The notes: generated by a model not told the origin, from the sequence alone. Positions 22,196 through 34,490 are shown, counted from the first letter of the stretch. The stretch: 64,000 nucleotides of DNA from Candidatus Atelocyanobacterium thalassae (GCA_051971635.1 JBFPLN010000003.1:256001-320000), one strand, 5' to 3'. Made by a program: numbers and translations.

Positions 22196-23071
22196 CTAGT
22201 TAAACCTTCGACGTAATAATGGTTGAATAGAAAATAAAACTAGTACATCAAATCCTAATAATAAAAGCAAGACTTCTATCCCATTGATCTCGATAAAGGG
22301 ATTTCTAAAGATGATACTATCCATGGATAAATTTCCATAAAGATAAATATATCTTATAAATTCGATAGCATAGGTAAGAGGATTTAAACTAGCAATAATT
22401 TGCAACCATCTTGCCATAAAAGATAGAGGTGCAAGAGCAGTACTTGCGAAGAGTAGGGGTAAGTTGGTAACAAAAATAACGGCGATAAGCTCAATATGAC
22501 CAGGTAATGCAAAAGCAAGTCCTAAACTTAATCCTGTTATTCCACATACAGTTAATAAGACAACGATAGTAATCGCTATTAAATCAATAATATTAGGAAC
22601 TCCGGCTCCTAACATTGAACTTGCTATTACAATAACTCCTGTTTGTATTAGACTCAGACTAACAATATATAAAGTGGAAGATGCAACAATAGAATATCTG
22701 GAGGATAATGGAGCAACTAGCAAACGATTAAGGAACCCAAATTCTCTATCAAACATGATGGGAAGTCCTGCATTCAATGCTCCTGAAAAAGCTGTGAATA
22801 TTATAATTCCAGGCGATAAAAACTTTGCATAATTAACGTTATTTTCAAATATTCCTTCTGGGGCATTATAAAATAATGCCCCAAATAATATTAGCCACAT
22901 AAAAGGTTGAATAATACCTGCTATTAAACTAGAAGGTCGACGCCATAATTGAATGAATAAACGCTTAGTCATAGCTAAGGTTTCTTGTAAAAATTCTGAT
23001 AAAAAATTTTCCTGTTGAGAAGTGTTATTTATAGAATTTGGTGATAAAAAATCTTTATTCTCAGAAGACAC
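22196..23071 (-). CDS. ABC-2 type transporter permease (Ycf38-like)
   Basis: RLFIQLWRRP, FDREFGFLNRLLVAP, NPLTYAIE; multiple TM segments. Confidence 0.9.
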   Translation of the reverse strand: MSSENKDFLSPNSINNTSQQENFLSEFLQETLAMTKRLFIQLWRRPSSLIAGIIQPFMWLILFGALFYNAPEGIFENNVNYAKFLSPGIIIFTAFSGALNAGLPIMFDREFGFLNRLLVAPLSSRYSIVASSTLYIVSLSLIQTGVIVIASSMLGAGVPNIIDLIAITIVVLLTVCGITGLSLGLAFALPGHIELIAVIFVTNLPLLFASTALAPLSFMARWLQIIASLNPLTYAIEFIRYIYLYGNLSMDSIIFRNPFIEINGIEVLLLLLGFDVLVLFSIQPLLRRRFN

Positions 23072-23129
23072 AAGTTTTTATTTCCGCTTTGTTATTTATT
23101 ATTTTATGATTCTAACTCAATATTATGGT

Positions 23130-24152
23130 TTAGTTCATTTGTTGTTTCTTCTCTTTTTTTAAATCTCTATTACCTATAGCAGCTAATTCGGCATCTATTA
23201 AAGTTTGTCCTGTAGCTGCTAGATATACATCATCGAGACTAGGACGAGATTGAGATAAGCTAAAAATATTTAAACCAGCATTTTCTAGAGCTTTTTCTAT
23301 TTTACTAAATAAATTTATCTCTTCTGTGACTATTAAGTTTAAAGAATTTCCTTGAGATTTATTAATAATTATTTCTTCTACAAACGGTAATTTTTGTAGA
23401 ATTTCCTTAGCTTTGTTCACATCTTCAAGTTCTGAAAATTCTTGAATTTTTAAAGTGATACGATTACCACCTAAATGATTTTTAAGTTCAGATGGAGTTC
23501 CTTGAGCGATCACTTTGCCACGATCAATAATAGCCAAGTTATCTGCTAGAGAGTCTATTTCTTCTAAGTAGTGGCTCGTTATGAGAATTGTCGTTCCTGC
23601 TGCTTTTAGTTTTTTAAGAAATTCCCAAACTATCAATCGACTTTCAATGTCTAAGCCAACAGTTGGTTCATCAAGAACTATTAAACTTGGTTTGTGTAGT
23701 AATCCAGCTGCAAGATCAAATCGCTTACGAATTCCTCCCGAATAATCTCCTGTTTTGCGATCGCTATATTCGTTGAGATTTAATAAAGTTAATAATTTGT
23801 CAATTCTATCTTCAGCATCACGTTTAGGTAAATGATAAAGAGATGCTTGCAATTGGAGTAATTCTCTACCTGTTAAAATTTTATCAAGTGTAATATCTTG
23901 TGCAACATAACCTAGAAAGTTCCTAATAATATTTGGGTATTTTAAGGCTGAAATTCCACCTATCTTAATTTCTCCACTATCAGGTTTAGTTAAAGTACAT
24001 AAACATCGAATAGTTGTTGTTTTACCTGATCCGTTTGGTCCTAGTAGACCAAAGATTTCTCCCTTATTAATATTAAAGGAAATATCTTGAACTGCTTTTA
24101 CAGTATTAAAACTTTTTTGTAACGATTCAATTATAACTAAAGGAGTCATCAT
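23130..24152 (-). CDS. ABC transporter ATP-binding protein (DrrA-like)
   Basis: GPNGSGKTT, YSGG, LDEPTVGLD, SHYLEE. Confidence 0.95.
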   Translation of the reverse strand: MMTPLVIIESLQKSFNTVKAVQDISFNINKGEIFGLLGPNGSGKTTTIRCLCTLTKPDSGEIKIGGISALKYPNIIRNFLGYVAQDITLDKILTGRELLQLQASLYHLPKRDAEDRIDKLLTLLNLNEYSDRKTGDYSGGIRKRFDLAAGLLHKPSLIVLDEPTVGLDIESRLIVWEFLKKLKAAGTTILITSHYLEEIDSLADNLAIIDRGKVIAQGTPSELKNHLGGNRITLKIQEFSELEDVNKAKEILQKLPFVEEIIINKSQGNSLNLIVTEEINLFSKIEKALENAGLNIFSLSQSRPSLDDVYLAATGQTLIDAELAAIGNRDLKKEKKQQMN

Positions 24153-24417
24153 TAATTTTATTTTAGATAGAATTCAAGTGATCAAAAAGGTACTTATTAT
24201 CAACTTTTTCCTAAAAATTTTTTAAGTAAAAGTTTTTATATTAATAATAATACATCTTTTAAAAATCTATGTATTGATATCCATTAAATTCTTATACTTG
24301 CATAAAGTATTTGACTGCTTTTTTAACTAGATTTTAGATAAGCTATGTGTTTTTATTTTTTTGATTTACAGAATTTTAGATTATTTGAGCTTTATTATGG
24401 ATGTCTTTGCTTTAAAA

Positions 24418-25149
24418 CTAGTTATTGATATTAAACAATACTTGTGATATGTATTTATCAGTCCAGGTTACGCCAAAAAAATTTTCTAAAATGCGACGGG
24501 TTTTATCGTTTTGTTTTTGTTTATTACAATAATACTCTTGTTCTTGTAAATTTAAATTTCTTTCATAATCAGAAACTATTTTAGAATTTGCTGATTGTTT
24601 GCAATGTATTTGCAGAATATTTTCAACTCGTTGAAGAAATTTATTTTCTTCTTTTAAGTTAAGAGGCTGTATAAATAAACAATATTCTGAGAATATATCT
24701 CCCCATTCTGGTAAATTACGAGTTACCGAAAAATCATAAATTTCTAGTTGAGATAATTTTTGTCTATATTCTCTAGAAAATTTTGTTTTAGAATTAGTTG
24801 GAGATAAATCAACAACTGCTGCACTGATCTTATTTTTTCCAATAACGAGATCGCATCCAAATATAGGCAGAGAATATTCAAAGCGAGGAAACATTACACA
24901 ATGAAGAATATCTAGTTTTTGCTCAAGCCTTACCAGCTCTAAATGAATCTTACGAAATTGATTTGATTGATAACACAAGTTTTGGATTATTAACTTGTCT
25001 TTTTCTAATGCACTTTCAATATAATTTAAATCTTTTGGTAATTTATATGGAGCTAAATAAAGCTCTTCCTCCCAGTAAGAAACTATAGAATTAGCCAGCT
25101 TATAAATTAAAGGATGTAAAGGCAAAAAAGTAGTTAAGTTTTGGGCCAT
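24418..25149 (-). CDS. pcyA: phycocyanobilin:ferredoxin oxidoreductase
   Basis: FRKIHLE, LDILHCVMFP, PIFGCD, DLSP, LPEWGDIFS, Q..NDKTRRIL; catalytic His/Glu/His/Asp present. Confidence 0.95.
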   Translation of the reverse strand: MAQNLTTFLPLHPLIYKLANSIVSYWEEELYLAPYKLPKDLNYIESALEKDKLIIQNLCYQSNQFRKIHLELVRLEQKLDILHCVMFPRFEYSLPIFGCDLVIGKNKISAAVVDLSPTNSKTKFSREYRQKLSQLEIYDFSVTRNLPEWGDIFSEYCLFIQPLNLKEENKFLQRVENILQIHCKQSANSKIVSDYERNLNLQEQEYYCNKQKQNDKTRRILENFFGVTWTDKYISQVLFNINN

Positions 25150-25265
25150 CAATCTTTTAGTATTTGTAAATTTTCAATCATTAGATTAATAGAATCATAC
25201 AAAATATTTTTTCTTTACTTATTAAATCTTATTTGGTAAACGTGTATTTTTTGTACATCAATTAT

Positions 25266-25556
25266 TTAGTCTAAAATTTCTTTGATAGCTAATTCTAGTT
25301 CCTTTTGATTTAAATCTGTAACAATAAAAACTTCTTGAACTGTTTTACCTTGTCTAGCTATGGCTTTATATCCCCCAAGAATTTGAACCGATATTCTTAA
25401 TTTTAAATGTGGGCAATGACCTTTAGCTCTGCCAATAACCCCAGGAGTAATGGTTCTAATACCTGGAAAAAAAACTAACTTTTCTAGAATAGGTATCAAA
25501 CCATCTAAATGAGTGGAATGATTCCAGATTAGTCTTCCTTTATTTTCCTGAGTCAT
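25266..25556 (-). CDS. DUF2103 family protein
   Basis: GRLIWNHSTHLDGL, TITPG, ARQGKTVQEVF. Confidence 0.8.
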   Translation of the reverse strand: MTQENKGRLIWNHSTHLDGLIPILEKLVFFPGIRTITPGVIGRAKGHCPHLKLRISVQILGGYKAIARQGKTVQEVFIVTDLNQKELELAIKEILD

Positions 25557-25560
25557 AAAT

Positions 25561-25881
25561 TCATATTCCTTCTAATGGAGCCATCGTTAATCCTTCACGA
25601 CGTAATTGTTGATGATATAGTTCTGCTTGCTCTAAAGGTCCTATCCAAACGGTTGCTAATTCTTCAAAATGTATTCTTTGAGTTAGCTCCCAAGCATAAC
25701 TTTTAGTCATTGCAGGTATATATCTTATTAAACAACTAGCAACATGATCAAAAGTATTAAAATCATCATTAAGAACAATTATTTTACAGCTAGGATAAGG
25801 CTTATGGTCAACAACTGTTAAATTTTTTGTGTGGATTGATGTAGATTTTTCTTGAATTGTTATGGACAATCTCTTGATCAT
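25561..25881 (-). CDS. clpS: ATP-dependent Clp protease adaptor
   Basis: IVLNDDFNTFDHV, IH.E.A.VW.GPLEQAELY; start uncertain. Confidence 0.92.
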   Translation of the reverse strand: MIKRLSITIQEKSTSIHTKNLTVVDHKPYPSCKIIVLNDDFNTFDHVASCLIRYIPAMTKSYAWELTQRIHFEELATVWIGPLEQAELYHQQLRREGLTMAPLEGI

Positions 25882-26336
25882 GAATTTTAATAAATAAAAA
25901 ATTTTTGAAAATTATGAGTACAGCCTGGTTAAAAGTTTAACAATTTTTTACAAAAAAAACAGTTTCAATAAACTAATCAGCTTAATTATTTAAAATAATT
26001 ACTATACATTAAGAAAATTACACTTAAGGCTATTGGATATAAGGTTTATACTTTATCGAACTCAAAACTATATCCTAACAAGTTAAGTAATAATTATTAT
26101 ATTGAAAAGTTCTGAAAAATTTATTTTCAAAGTTTTTCTTGCGAGGAAAAGTAAATTTGTATGCGATTCATTCGTAATGAATCATATACATAGCAGATAG
26201 TTTATAGTTTGAAAATAAAGTCAAACTTAAAAGAGGTTTTAAAAGCCTTGCAGAAAATATCGTTCTTTATTAAATGCATCAGATGTATCTTGATTTACTA
26301 TAGATTGATATAAATATGGTATGAATAATAAATTTT

Positions 26337-26897
26337 ATGATACAACGAAAAAAAGTACGTGATCTTCAATTAACTGCTTCTAAAAATTTTAATCTAGAAT
26401 GTACAAATGTTACAGTACCACTAAGATCTTATCTCCAGGAAACACAACGTCTAGTTAAAGTTCTTGCGGGGAAGAATATAACTGAAAAAATATCAGAGTT
26501 TGAGTTCCGTTTTCATATGAAAACCTTAAACTTTATAAATATCTACTCTTTTCAACCTGTGGTAACTATTAAAGTTTTATCAAATGAAAAGGGAGTAGTT
26601 TATTTTGAGTCTCAAGACTTTGAAATAATAGGAATTAATTATATAAATCATAATTTTTCTTTGAAGTTTCAAGGCAAATTATTTTCAAAAGAAACAAACA
26701 ATAAAATATTTTTACGAGGTCAAGCATACCTAGCTTCTTCTTTAGACCTGCCATCTAACTTATGGATAATTCCAAAATCTATATTAAAGAAAGCTGGTGA
26801 TACATTATTAAAAAATATTTTAGAGCGTATTAGTCAAAGTTTATCCAATGAGCTATTACATGATTATCAATACTGGGCTAGCTTACAAAAAAAATAA
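26337..26897 (+). CDS. DUF1997 family protein
   Basis: YLQETQRLV, FQPVVTIKV, LRGQAYL, L..IPKSIL..AG..LL..IL, DYQYWA. Confidence 0.75.
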   Translation: MIQRKKVRDLQLTASKNFNLECTNVTVPLRSYLQETQRLVKVLAGKNITEKISEFEFRFHMKTLNFINIYSFQPVVTIKVLSNEKGVVYFESQDFEIIGINYINHNFSLKFQGKLFSKETNNKIFLRGQAYLASSLDLPSNLWIIPKSILKKAGDTLLKNILERISQSLSNELLHDYQYWASLQKK

Positions 26898-27493
26898 ACT
26901 TTTTAAGGTTGCCATATAAATCTTTACCATGATGAAAAATTAATTAGAATTTCATAAAATATGTAAAATTATCTAGATGTTATAATTACTTTAATGTTTA
27001 TTTTTTTCCTAAAATCCCATTGAATCGGACTAAGTATGAATTTATCTAGCTTTATATTAAACTTGAAAAAATAAAACTTTGATATAAAAACTTTTCAAAC
27101 GTTGTAAGATTAAAGCCTCAGAAAATTTAATCTTATTTTAGATATCAAGACTATAAAAGCCGCAATAAAACTTAAAATTCAGAAGTGTCAGTGTGTGTTA
27201 TCCAGTAGTAAGCTTTTATAAGAATCATTTCTCACCTCATAAGATACTTTCATCTTATGAGTAAGAAGTAATGTTCGTAGAATTTGCCAAATAACTTTTA
27301 TCTTAGTTATTGAATTCTGTAATTTTTTAGCAAAATTTAGTAACTAAGATAGCTAGTTTCTTTGCTTTTTCTTAATTAAAAAAAAAGCCTTGATTATTAT
27401 TGATCTCTAACTTTTTTATAGTTAGAGCAAATGTCGAAGAGATGGAATTTATTCCTTCAACTTAAATATTCATTCACTTAAGGATACTTACTC

Positions 27494-27712
27494 ATGGTTA
27501 AACGTAAAGATACAGTTAGAGTTAAACGTAAAGAGTCTTATTGGTATAATGATATTGGTACTGTTGTAACCATAGACAAAGGTGAATCCCTTTTGTATCC
27601 AGTTGTTGTTCGTTTTCAAAAAGTTAATTATATTGGTCTTTCTGGAGATCCTTCGGGGCTCAATATGAATTCATTTGCAGAAAGTGAACTGGAAGTTCTA
27701 TCTGAAGGATAA
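27494..27712 (+). CDS. psaE: photosystem I subunit IV
   Basis: [38 protein letters not shown]. Confidence 0.96.
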   Translation: MVKRKDTVRVKRKESYWYNDIGTVVTIDKGESLLYPVVVRFQKVNYIGLSGDPSGLNMNSFAESELEVLSEG

Positions 27713-27729
27713 TAAACCTAATATAAGCT

Positions 27730-28584
27730 TTGCCAGAACTACCTGAAGTTGAAAGTATTTGCCGGAAACTTAACGAATTAACTGCCGGCCACACTATTTG
27801 GGGGGGACAGGTGTTGTTACCACGTTCACTTGCCCACCCCTTCTCTGTGAAATCTTTTTTAAGTTCTATTTGTAATGTTGATCTAAAGATATGGAGTAGA
27901 AGAGGAAAATATTTATTACTAGAATTAGATAGTAATAAAGGATGGATAGTATTTCATCTTAGAATGACAGGTCAATTACTATGGACTAAGCAAAGTGAGC
28001 CGTTATCAAAACACACTCGTCTGCGCCTATTTTGTAAAGGTTCTTATGAATTAAGGTTCATAGATGTCAGGACTTTTGGTAAAGTATGGTTGATTCCTTC
28101 ATCTCATAATCCAGAAGATATAATTATTGGTCTAAACAAATTAGGAATAGAACCTTTATCAGCTGATTTTTCAGTTAACTATCTTACTAAAAAACTAACA
28201 AGCTATAAGCGTAATATTAAAACTCTCTTACTAGATCAATCAATTATTGCAGGAATTGGAAATATATATGCTGATGAAGCATTATTTAGAAGTAATATTC
28301 ATCCAAAAACCAAAGGTATAGAATTAACTGTTAAACAAATTAACAATTTAAGAGAAGCTATTATTGAAGTTCTCAATAAGTCTATCGAAAAAGGAGGAAC
28401 AACCTTCAGTAATTTCTTAAATATTACTGGTAGTAAAGGTAAATATGCTGAAGTTGCTTGGGTCTATGGGAGGAATAATATGGCTTGTCGTATTTGCAAT
28501 ACTTCTATTAAGCGTATAAAGTTAAATGGTAGATCTTCTCATTTTTGCCCTAAGTGTCAACAGTGCAGTAAATTACTCGATTAA
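27730..28584 (+). CDS. mutM: formamidopyrimidine-DNA glycosylase
   Basis: MPELPEVE, RRGKYL, HLRMTG, GIGNIYADE, C4 zinc finger; TTG start. Confidence 0.98.
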   Translation: MPELPEVESICRKLNELTAGHTIWGGQVLLPRSLAHPFSVKSFLSSICNVDLKIWSRRGKYLLLELDSNKGWIVFHLRMTGQLLWTKQSEPLSKHTRLRLFCKGSYELRFIDVRTFGKVWLIPSSHNPEDIIIGLNKLGIEPLSADFSVNYLTKKLTSYKRNIKTLLLDQSIIAGIGNIYADEALFRSNIHPKTKGIELTVKQINNLREAIIEVLNKSIEKGGTTFSNFLNITGSKGKYAEVAWVYGRNNMACRICNTSIKRIKLNGRSSHFCPKCQQCSKLLD

Positions 28585-28647
28585 TTTTTTATTATACTTG
28601 ACAAATAGGGGATTACTTTGCTAAGTTTATATACGTCTGCACAATAA

Positions 28648-28719
28648 TGGGGTGTAGCCAAGCGGTAAGGCAGCGGGTTTTGGTCTCGCCATTCCTGGGT
28701 TCGAATCCTAGCACCCCAG
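28648..28719 (+). tRNA. tRNA-Gln (anticodon TTG), CCA not encoded
   Basis: TGGGGTG/CACCCCA acceptor stem, D-arm GCCAAGCGGTAAGGC, anticodon arm GCGGG-TTTTGGT-CTCGC, T-loop GGTTCGAATCC. Confidence 0.97.
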
Positions 28720-29037
28720 TTACATCAGTTAGTAAAAACTAATTTCCATATTTTTAGATTAACTAGTATTTTAGATAATAGGAACTATATTAAAATTCTT
28801 ATTATCTAATTATTTATTTCTGAAAAAGTCAGATTTCTAGTAATTTAATTTTAGAAAGAAAAAAATTAATTTGTTAATATAATTTATTTTTTAAATTATA
28901 TCGATCTAGACTGTAAGATTTTATAATTTAGAAGCTTACTGTACTGTTTAATAATATAGTTGTCACAAAAATTAAGAGATGTATAGTAAGTAAAGGAAGG
29001 TCCCCGGTATAGGTTTTTGCAAAAAAGAAGGAAATCC

Positions 29038-31512
29038 ATGGCACAACAGTTAAAGTTTACAAAAACTGGCAAAATTATTTCAACATCTCTACATGCGGAA
29101 ATGAGACATTCGTACCTAGAGTATGCCATGAGTGTAATTGTGGGGAGAGCTCTACCAGATGCAAGAGATGGATTGAAACCTGTTCACCGTCGTATTCTTT
29201 ATGCTATGCATGAATTAGGATTAATTCCTGAACGACCTTTTCGTAAATGTGCCCGCGTAGTAGGTGATGTTCTAGGTAAATACCATCCTCATGGTGATCA
29301 AGCTGTGTATGATGCTTTAGTTCGGATGGTACAAGATTTTTCGAGTCGCTATCCTTTGCTTGCAGGACATGGAAATTTTGGTTCTATCGACAATGATCCC
29401 CCTGCAGCAATGCGTTATACAGAAACTAGGCTCTCTTCTATTGCAAGTTATGGAATGCTGGGAGAAATTAGTGAAGATATTGTTGATTTTAATAATAATT
29501 TTGATAATTCTCAACAAGAACCTATTGTTCTCCCTAGTAAATTCCCTAACTTATTAATTAATGGTTGTACAGGTATTGCCGTAGGAATGGCTACTAATAT
29601 TCCTCCACATAATTTAGGAGAACTGATAGATGGCCTAATAGCCTTGATAGAGAAACCTGAGCTGTCTAATGAAAAATTATGGAAAATAATTCCTGGTCCA
29701 GATTTTCCTACTGGAGGTGAAATTATTCAAACTGAAGGTATCAAGGATGCTTATCGTGATGGAAAAGGAATAATTAGAGTTCGTGGAGTAGTTAATATAG
29801 AAAAAATTAATGTAGGTAAAAAAAGACGACAAGAAAGAACAGCACTAATAATAACTGAGCTTCCTTATCAAGTAAATAAATCTGCTTGGATTGAAAAAAT
29901 TGCTGATTTAGTTAATTGTGGACGTTTAGAAGGTGTAGCAGATATTAGAGATGAAAGTGATCGTACTGGGATGAGAGTAGTAATAGAGCTGAAGAGAGAC
30001 GCAGTTACTAAAGTAGTCCTAAAAGAACTATATAGAAAAACAGCTTTAGAACATAATTTTGGCGCAATTATGTTAGCTTTAGTTGATAGTCAGCCACGAC
30101 AACTATCTCTACGTGAGTTACTAGAAGAATTTTTAAAATTCCGAGAAATAACTCTAACTCGTCAATACAGCAATGAATTAAAAAGTTGTCAAGATCAATC
30201 ACACATTTTAGAAGGGTTACTAATTGCCTTAAAAAATTTAGACAAAATAATTAGTATTTTATGTAATTCTGCAGATTCGACAATTGCCAAAGAAAAATTT
30301 CAGAAGAGTTTAAATTTAAATGAAAAACAAGCTAATGGTATCTTAGCGATGCCTATGCGACGATTAACTGGATTAGAAAGAAAAAAAATCAAAACAGAAT
30401 ATAAAGAATTACAAATTAGAATTAATCGATTGGAAATTCTATTAACAAATCGTAAAGAATTTTTAACAGAATTAAAGAAAGAACTGCGTTTTCTTAAAAA
30501 TAAATATGGGGATAATCGTCGCACTAAAATTAGTGGAACAGATACTACGCAACTAAATAATTCTGAAATTCACAAAACTGATATTCAAGGACAAACTATA
30601 TTACAAAAGAAAAAAAGAATATCTCATAAACCTCAACAATCAAGCTTTTTCCCATCTAAAGATTCAATTTTAGAAATGACGTATCAGGGGAAAATAGCTT
30701 GGCGTATGCCGAAAGATAGAGGTTTTAATAATGATCTTCTAGTTTATAGTGAAACAATAAAAGAAAGAGAACAAATAATTGTCATTACAGATACGGGCAA
30801 AGCTTATCCTATAAAAGTTGTAGATATTCCTTATATTAGTATTCAATCAATTCCTCTAATAAATTTATTACCTAAAAATGCACAAAAAGATAGTAAAAAT
30901 ATTGTATCTATTTTCTTCTTAGACAAAGATATCAAGGATCAAAATTTATTTTTGTTAACGAATCAAGGCAAAATCAAACGGATTCAGTTATCAGAATTAA
31001 ATATCCTAACTAATCGAGGGTTATCATTAATGAAATTAATGAATGATGAATGTTTAAGATACATTTCTTTTGTTGAAGAAGAAGATGAAGTTATAATTGC
31101 TATATCTAGTGGTCGTTTATTACGTTTTCAAATAAAAGATTATGAGATCCCTATTGTCAATCGTAATACTCAAGGAAATCAGGCTTTCAGATTGAGACAA
31201 AAAGAAGAGATTGTTGGATGTACTAATCTTAATAAAAATCAAAAGATTTTATTAGTATCGAAACTAGGCTATGGAAAACATTTAAATATATTAGACTTAC
31301 GAATAACTAAACTAGGAGATATTGGAACACAAGCTCTAAAATTTGTTCATAAAAATGATAGTCTATCAGGCATAAAAATAGTATCAAATATGCAAAATAT
31401 TAACTTTCTAACTAATAAAAATAGAGTTCTGACTCTAGAAGTAAAAGAATTTCAAGATGATAAACAGATAGTTGAATTGCTTGACACAGAAACAATTATT
31501 CATATCAATTGA
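29038..31512 (+). CDS. type IIA topoisomerase subunit A, cyanobacterial ParC-like GyrA paralog
   Basis: [29 protein letters not shown] active-site Tyr; no QRRGGKG GyrA-box seen and the C-terminal pinwheel is divergent. Confidence 0.9.
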   Translation: MAQQLKFTKTGKIISTSLHAEMRHSYLEYAMSVIVGRALPDARDGLKPVHRRILYAMHELGLIPERPFRKCARVVGDVLGKYHPHGDQAVYDALVRMVQDFSSRYPLLAGHGNFGSIDNDPPAAMRYTETRLSSIASYGMLGEISEDIVDFNNNFDNSQQEPIVLPSKFPNLLINGCTGIAVGMATNIPPHNLGELIDGLIALIEKPELSNEKLWKIIPGPDFPTGGEIIQTEGIKDAYRDGKGIIRVRGVVNIEKINVGKKRRQERTALIITELPYQVNKSAWIEKIADLVNCGRLEGVADIRDESDRTGMRVVIELKRDAVTKVVLKELYRKTALEHNFGAIMLALVDSQPRQLSLRELLEEFLKFREITLTRQYSNELKSCQDQSHILEGLLIALKNLDKIISILCNSADSTIAKEKFQKSLNLNEKQANGILAMPMRRLTGLERKKIKTEYKELQIRINRLEILLTNRKEFLTELKKELRFLKNKYGDNRRTKISGTDTTQLNNSEIHKTDIQGQTILQKKKRISHKPQQSSFFPSKDSILEMTYQGKIAWRMPKDRGFNNDLLVYSETIKEREQIIVITDTGKAYPIKVVDIPYISIQSIPLINLLPKNAQKDSKNIVSIFFLDKDIKDQNLFLLTNQGKIKRIQLSELNILTNRGLSLMKLMNDECLRYISFVEEEDEVIIAISSGRLLRFQIKDYEIPIVNRNTQGNQAFRLRQKEEIVGCTNLNKNQKILLVSKLGYGKHLNILDLRITKLGDIGTQALKFVHKNDSLSGIKIVSNMQNINFLTNKNRVLTLEVKEFQDDKQIVELLDTETIIHIN

Positions 31513-31875
31513 TTTTTATGCAAATCTTTGATAAGTAAAAGTTACAAAAATTTATTATTTTAATTTTAATTTAAATGAGATAGAAAGGTTTTACAATCGT
31601 TTCTTGTAGTCATAGAATTGATTTTTTATCGAAATCAAACTTTATAACTTCTAAAATGAATATCAAAATTTGATTTAAATAATTATCTTAGTCAGATAAT
31701 ACGATATAAAAATTTAACTATTTATTAAACTAAAATTTAACAAAGTTTGTAAGTTTGTAAGAAACAAATCATATATATATGCAATTATTATAAATCTATA
31801 AAATTAACGCATCTCCTCGAATTTGTATGATATTATTAGGGGTACTCTTTTGAAATTATATTTAATATTACTAAT

Positions 31876-32511
31876 ATGACTCTCCAACTTGGCGACATTG
31901 CGCCCGATTTTTCCCAAAATTCTAGCGAGGGCCCTATTTCCTTTCATCAGTGGGCTGGTGAAAAATGGGTAGTTCTCTTTTCACATCCTGCAGACTATAC
32001 TCCTGTATGTACCACTGAATTAGGTATGGTCGCTAACTTCAAGACAGAGTTCGAAAAGCGCAATGTTAAAATTTTAGCTTTAAGTATAGATGATGTAGAT
32101 TCTCATCAAGGGTGGATAAGTGATATCAATGAAACTCAAAATACTACTGTAAATTACCCTATTATTGCTGATTCTGATTCTAAAGTAGCTAACTTATATG
32201 GGATGATTCATCCTAAATCTTTGAACAAACTTACAGTTCGTTCTGTATTCATTATTGATCCTGATAAGAAGATCCGTTTAACCTTGACTTACCCTGCTAG
32301 TACTGGAAGAAACTTTGACGAAATCTTGAGAGTGATTGATTCTTTACAATTAACTGATTATTATCAAGTAGCGACTCCAGCTAATTGGAAAGATGGTGAC
32401 AATTGTGTTGTTGTACCCTCTATCTCTACTGATGAAGCTAAGAAGAAGTTCCCAAAAGGTGTAACTGAAGTTAAACCATACTTACGTATGACTCCTCAGC
32501 CAAATAAATAA
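31876..32511 (+). CDS. 1-Cys peroxiredoxin (Prx6 type)
   Basis: FSHPADYTPVCTTELG, YPASTGRNFDEILR, ATPANW. Confidence 0.96.
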   Translation: MTLQLGDIAPDFSQNSSEGPISFHQWAGEKWVVLFSHPADYTPVCTTELGMVANFKTEFEKRNVKILALSIDDVDSHQGWISDINETQNTTVNYPIIADSDSKVANLYGMIHPKSLNKLTVRSVFIIDPDKKIRLTLTYPASTGRNFDEILRVIDSLQLTDYYQVATPANWKDGDNCVVVPSISTDEAKKKFPKGVTEVKPYLRMTPQPNK

Positions 32512-32722
32512 AAATTAAGCGAGTTTTTAAGCTTCTTAATTACACAAGCAGAGAAAGTATCTTAGCAGAATTATTTTCTCTGTTTACTCATAAAATACGG
32601 ATAAGCTCAGTAATTTATTCATTTCTTTGGAATTTTATATATATGTATGAACTATATATAAACATTTCGAGAAATATTGCTATAATAGTAGTTCATATTA
32701 TCTATTAATTGAGAGCTTTGGA

Positions 32723-32959
32723 ATGTCTAGAAAATGTCAATTAACTGGGAAAAAAGCAAATAATGGTTTTGCTGTCTCACATTCTCATCGTCGTACTAAA
32801 AAATTGCAACAAGTAAATTTGCAATGGAAAAGAATCTGGTGGGCAGAAGGTAATCGTTGGATAAAACTACGTCTTTCCACAAAAGCTATCAAGACCTTAG
32901 AAAAGAAAGGTCTTCATCTTATGGCTAAAGAAGCAGGTATTAATTTAAATAAGCTTTAA
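32723..32959 (+). CDS. rpmB: 50S ribosomal protein L28
   Basis: [24 protein letters not shown]. Confidence 0.98.
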   Translation: MSRKCQLTGKKANNGFAVSHSHRRTKKLQQVNLQWKRIWWAEGNRWIKLRLSTKAIKTLEKKGLHLMAKEAGINLNKL

Positions 32960-33442
32960 GTTACTAATAATTTAATTAAGTAAAGTATAGTTGCTTCATT
33001 GAGATGGTAAAACAATACATAAACTTTTACCAATCTCCCTTAATTATTATTAAACTGTTGAAGTTTTGAAAAATGGTGTTGATGATAAGTCATAAAAATT
33101 TAGATTAGATAGAAAGACTAAAAATCCAAATACTTGGAATATATAAAATGTTTCAAATAGAAAAATATTTACTATTAATAATTTGTATTATAAAAGCTAA
33201 AATTGATATATTCTAATTTTTATGATTATCAATTTTATACTAAAAATAGTAAAACTATTTTCTAGATTCATAATATCAAACCAATAATGAATTATTCTTC
33301 ATTTTCAGACAAAGTATAAATATTTATAGTTTAATTTTTAAGAGTTACTAAAGACAGCATAAAAACTATATTAAAATACCTTTCTAATATAAGAAGTTAA
33401 TACTAGATATAGTTATTAAATACTTTATCTAAAGATTAATTT

Positions 33443-34396
33443 GTGAAAATAAATGTATTAATTATGTTATTCATCAAAAAAAAATTAAGATGGATTTTTT
33501 TTACATTGTCACTGCTGGTCATCATAGTGATTCTGAGAGACAGTTGGCAAGATATTCAAAATATTCATATAAGACCTCATGGTTACCTATTTTTGTTTTT
33601 ATCTTTATTGATAATTTTTTTTACTAATATTTGGTCAGGATTTCTTTGGGTTTACATACTTAGAAGTTGTCAACAACCTATTAAAATCAATCACGGTTTA
33701 AGAATTTACTTAATTACTAATATTTACAAGTATTTACCAGGAAATATAGGTCATTTTTTAAAACGAATCTACGAGCTTCAAAAACTTGGCTATTCTGCTT
33801 CTATTGTTAGTATAGGGATTGTTATAGAACCATTTTTAATGGCTCTATCTGCTTTATTAATTACGTTACTAATATATATCGTAGATACTACAAAAATAAC
33901 TGTAAATATTAGTATATTATTTTTATATCTTATCCCAATTGTTATTACTCTAGTTATTATTCATCCATTCTTTTTAAACAAAATAGTCATCTATTTGTCT
34001 AAGAAGAAATATAAAATTTTAGAAAGTGAGAACAAAAACCATATCAGAAAATATCCAGGATTAATAATACTAGGGGAAGTAGGATTTATTTTGTTGAAAG
34101 CACAAGGCTTTATCCTGACCTTAATGTCATTTACTCCAGTATCATTAGATCATTTTTTGACATTAATAAGTTCTTTTAGCTTTGCTTGGCTTTTAGGTTT
34201 AGTTACACCAGGTGCACCTGGAGGAATAGGTATATTTGAAGTAACAATTTTACAAATGCTTAGCTCATTTTTACCTAATACAGAAATCATTTTAGCAACT
34301 GTGGCTATTTTTAGAGTAACCAATATCCTTGCTGAAGTACTAGGAATGTGTCTGGCATATCTCATTAACAACCCTCTTAAAAAGATATATAAATAA
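33443..34396 (+). CDS. lysylphosphatidylglycerol synthase TM-domain (UPF0104, flippase-like) membrane protein
   Basis: KYLPGNIGH, PGAPGGIGIFE, multiple TM segments; start may be 33464. Confidence 0.82.
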   Translation: MKINVLIMLFIKKKLRWIFFTLSLLVIIVILRDSWQDIQNIHIRPHGYLFLFLSLLIIFFTNIWSGFLWVYILRSCQQPIKINHGLRIYLITNIYKYLPGNIGHFLKRIYELQKLGYSASIVSIGIVIEPFLMALSALLITLLIYIVDTTKITVNISILFLYLIPIVITLVIIHPFFLNKIVIYLSKKKYKILESENKNHIRKYPGLIILGEVGFILLKAQGFILTLMSFTPVSLDHFLTLISSFSFAWLLGLVTPGAPGGIGIFEVTILQMLSSFLPNTEIILATVAIFRVTNILAEVLGMCLAYLINNPLKKIYK

Positions 34397-34490
34397 GCTG
34401 AATAGTTATTTTTATCTATACTTTTTAATGCTCAAGTTATTAAACAACATACTTGTTATGCTAATACTCTTCCATAAAGTATTAAAGGTA

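Noticed and set aside
25937..25954. HLR1/RpaB-like direct repeat TTAACAAT-TT-TTTACAAA upstream of clpS, and several NtcA-like GTA..TAC sites elsewhere
   Set aside because: Imperfect or wrongly spaced; such matches are expected by chance at this AT content
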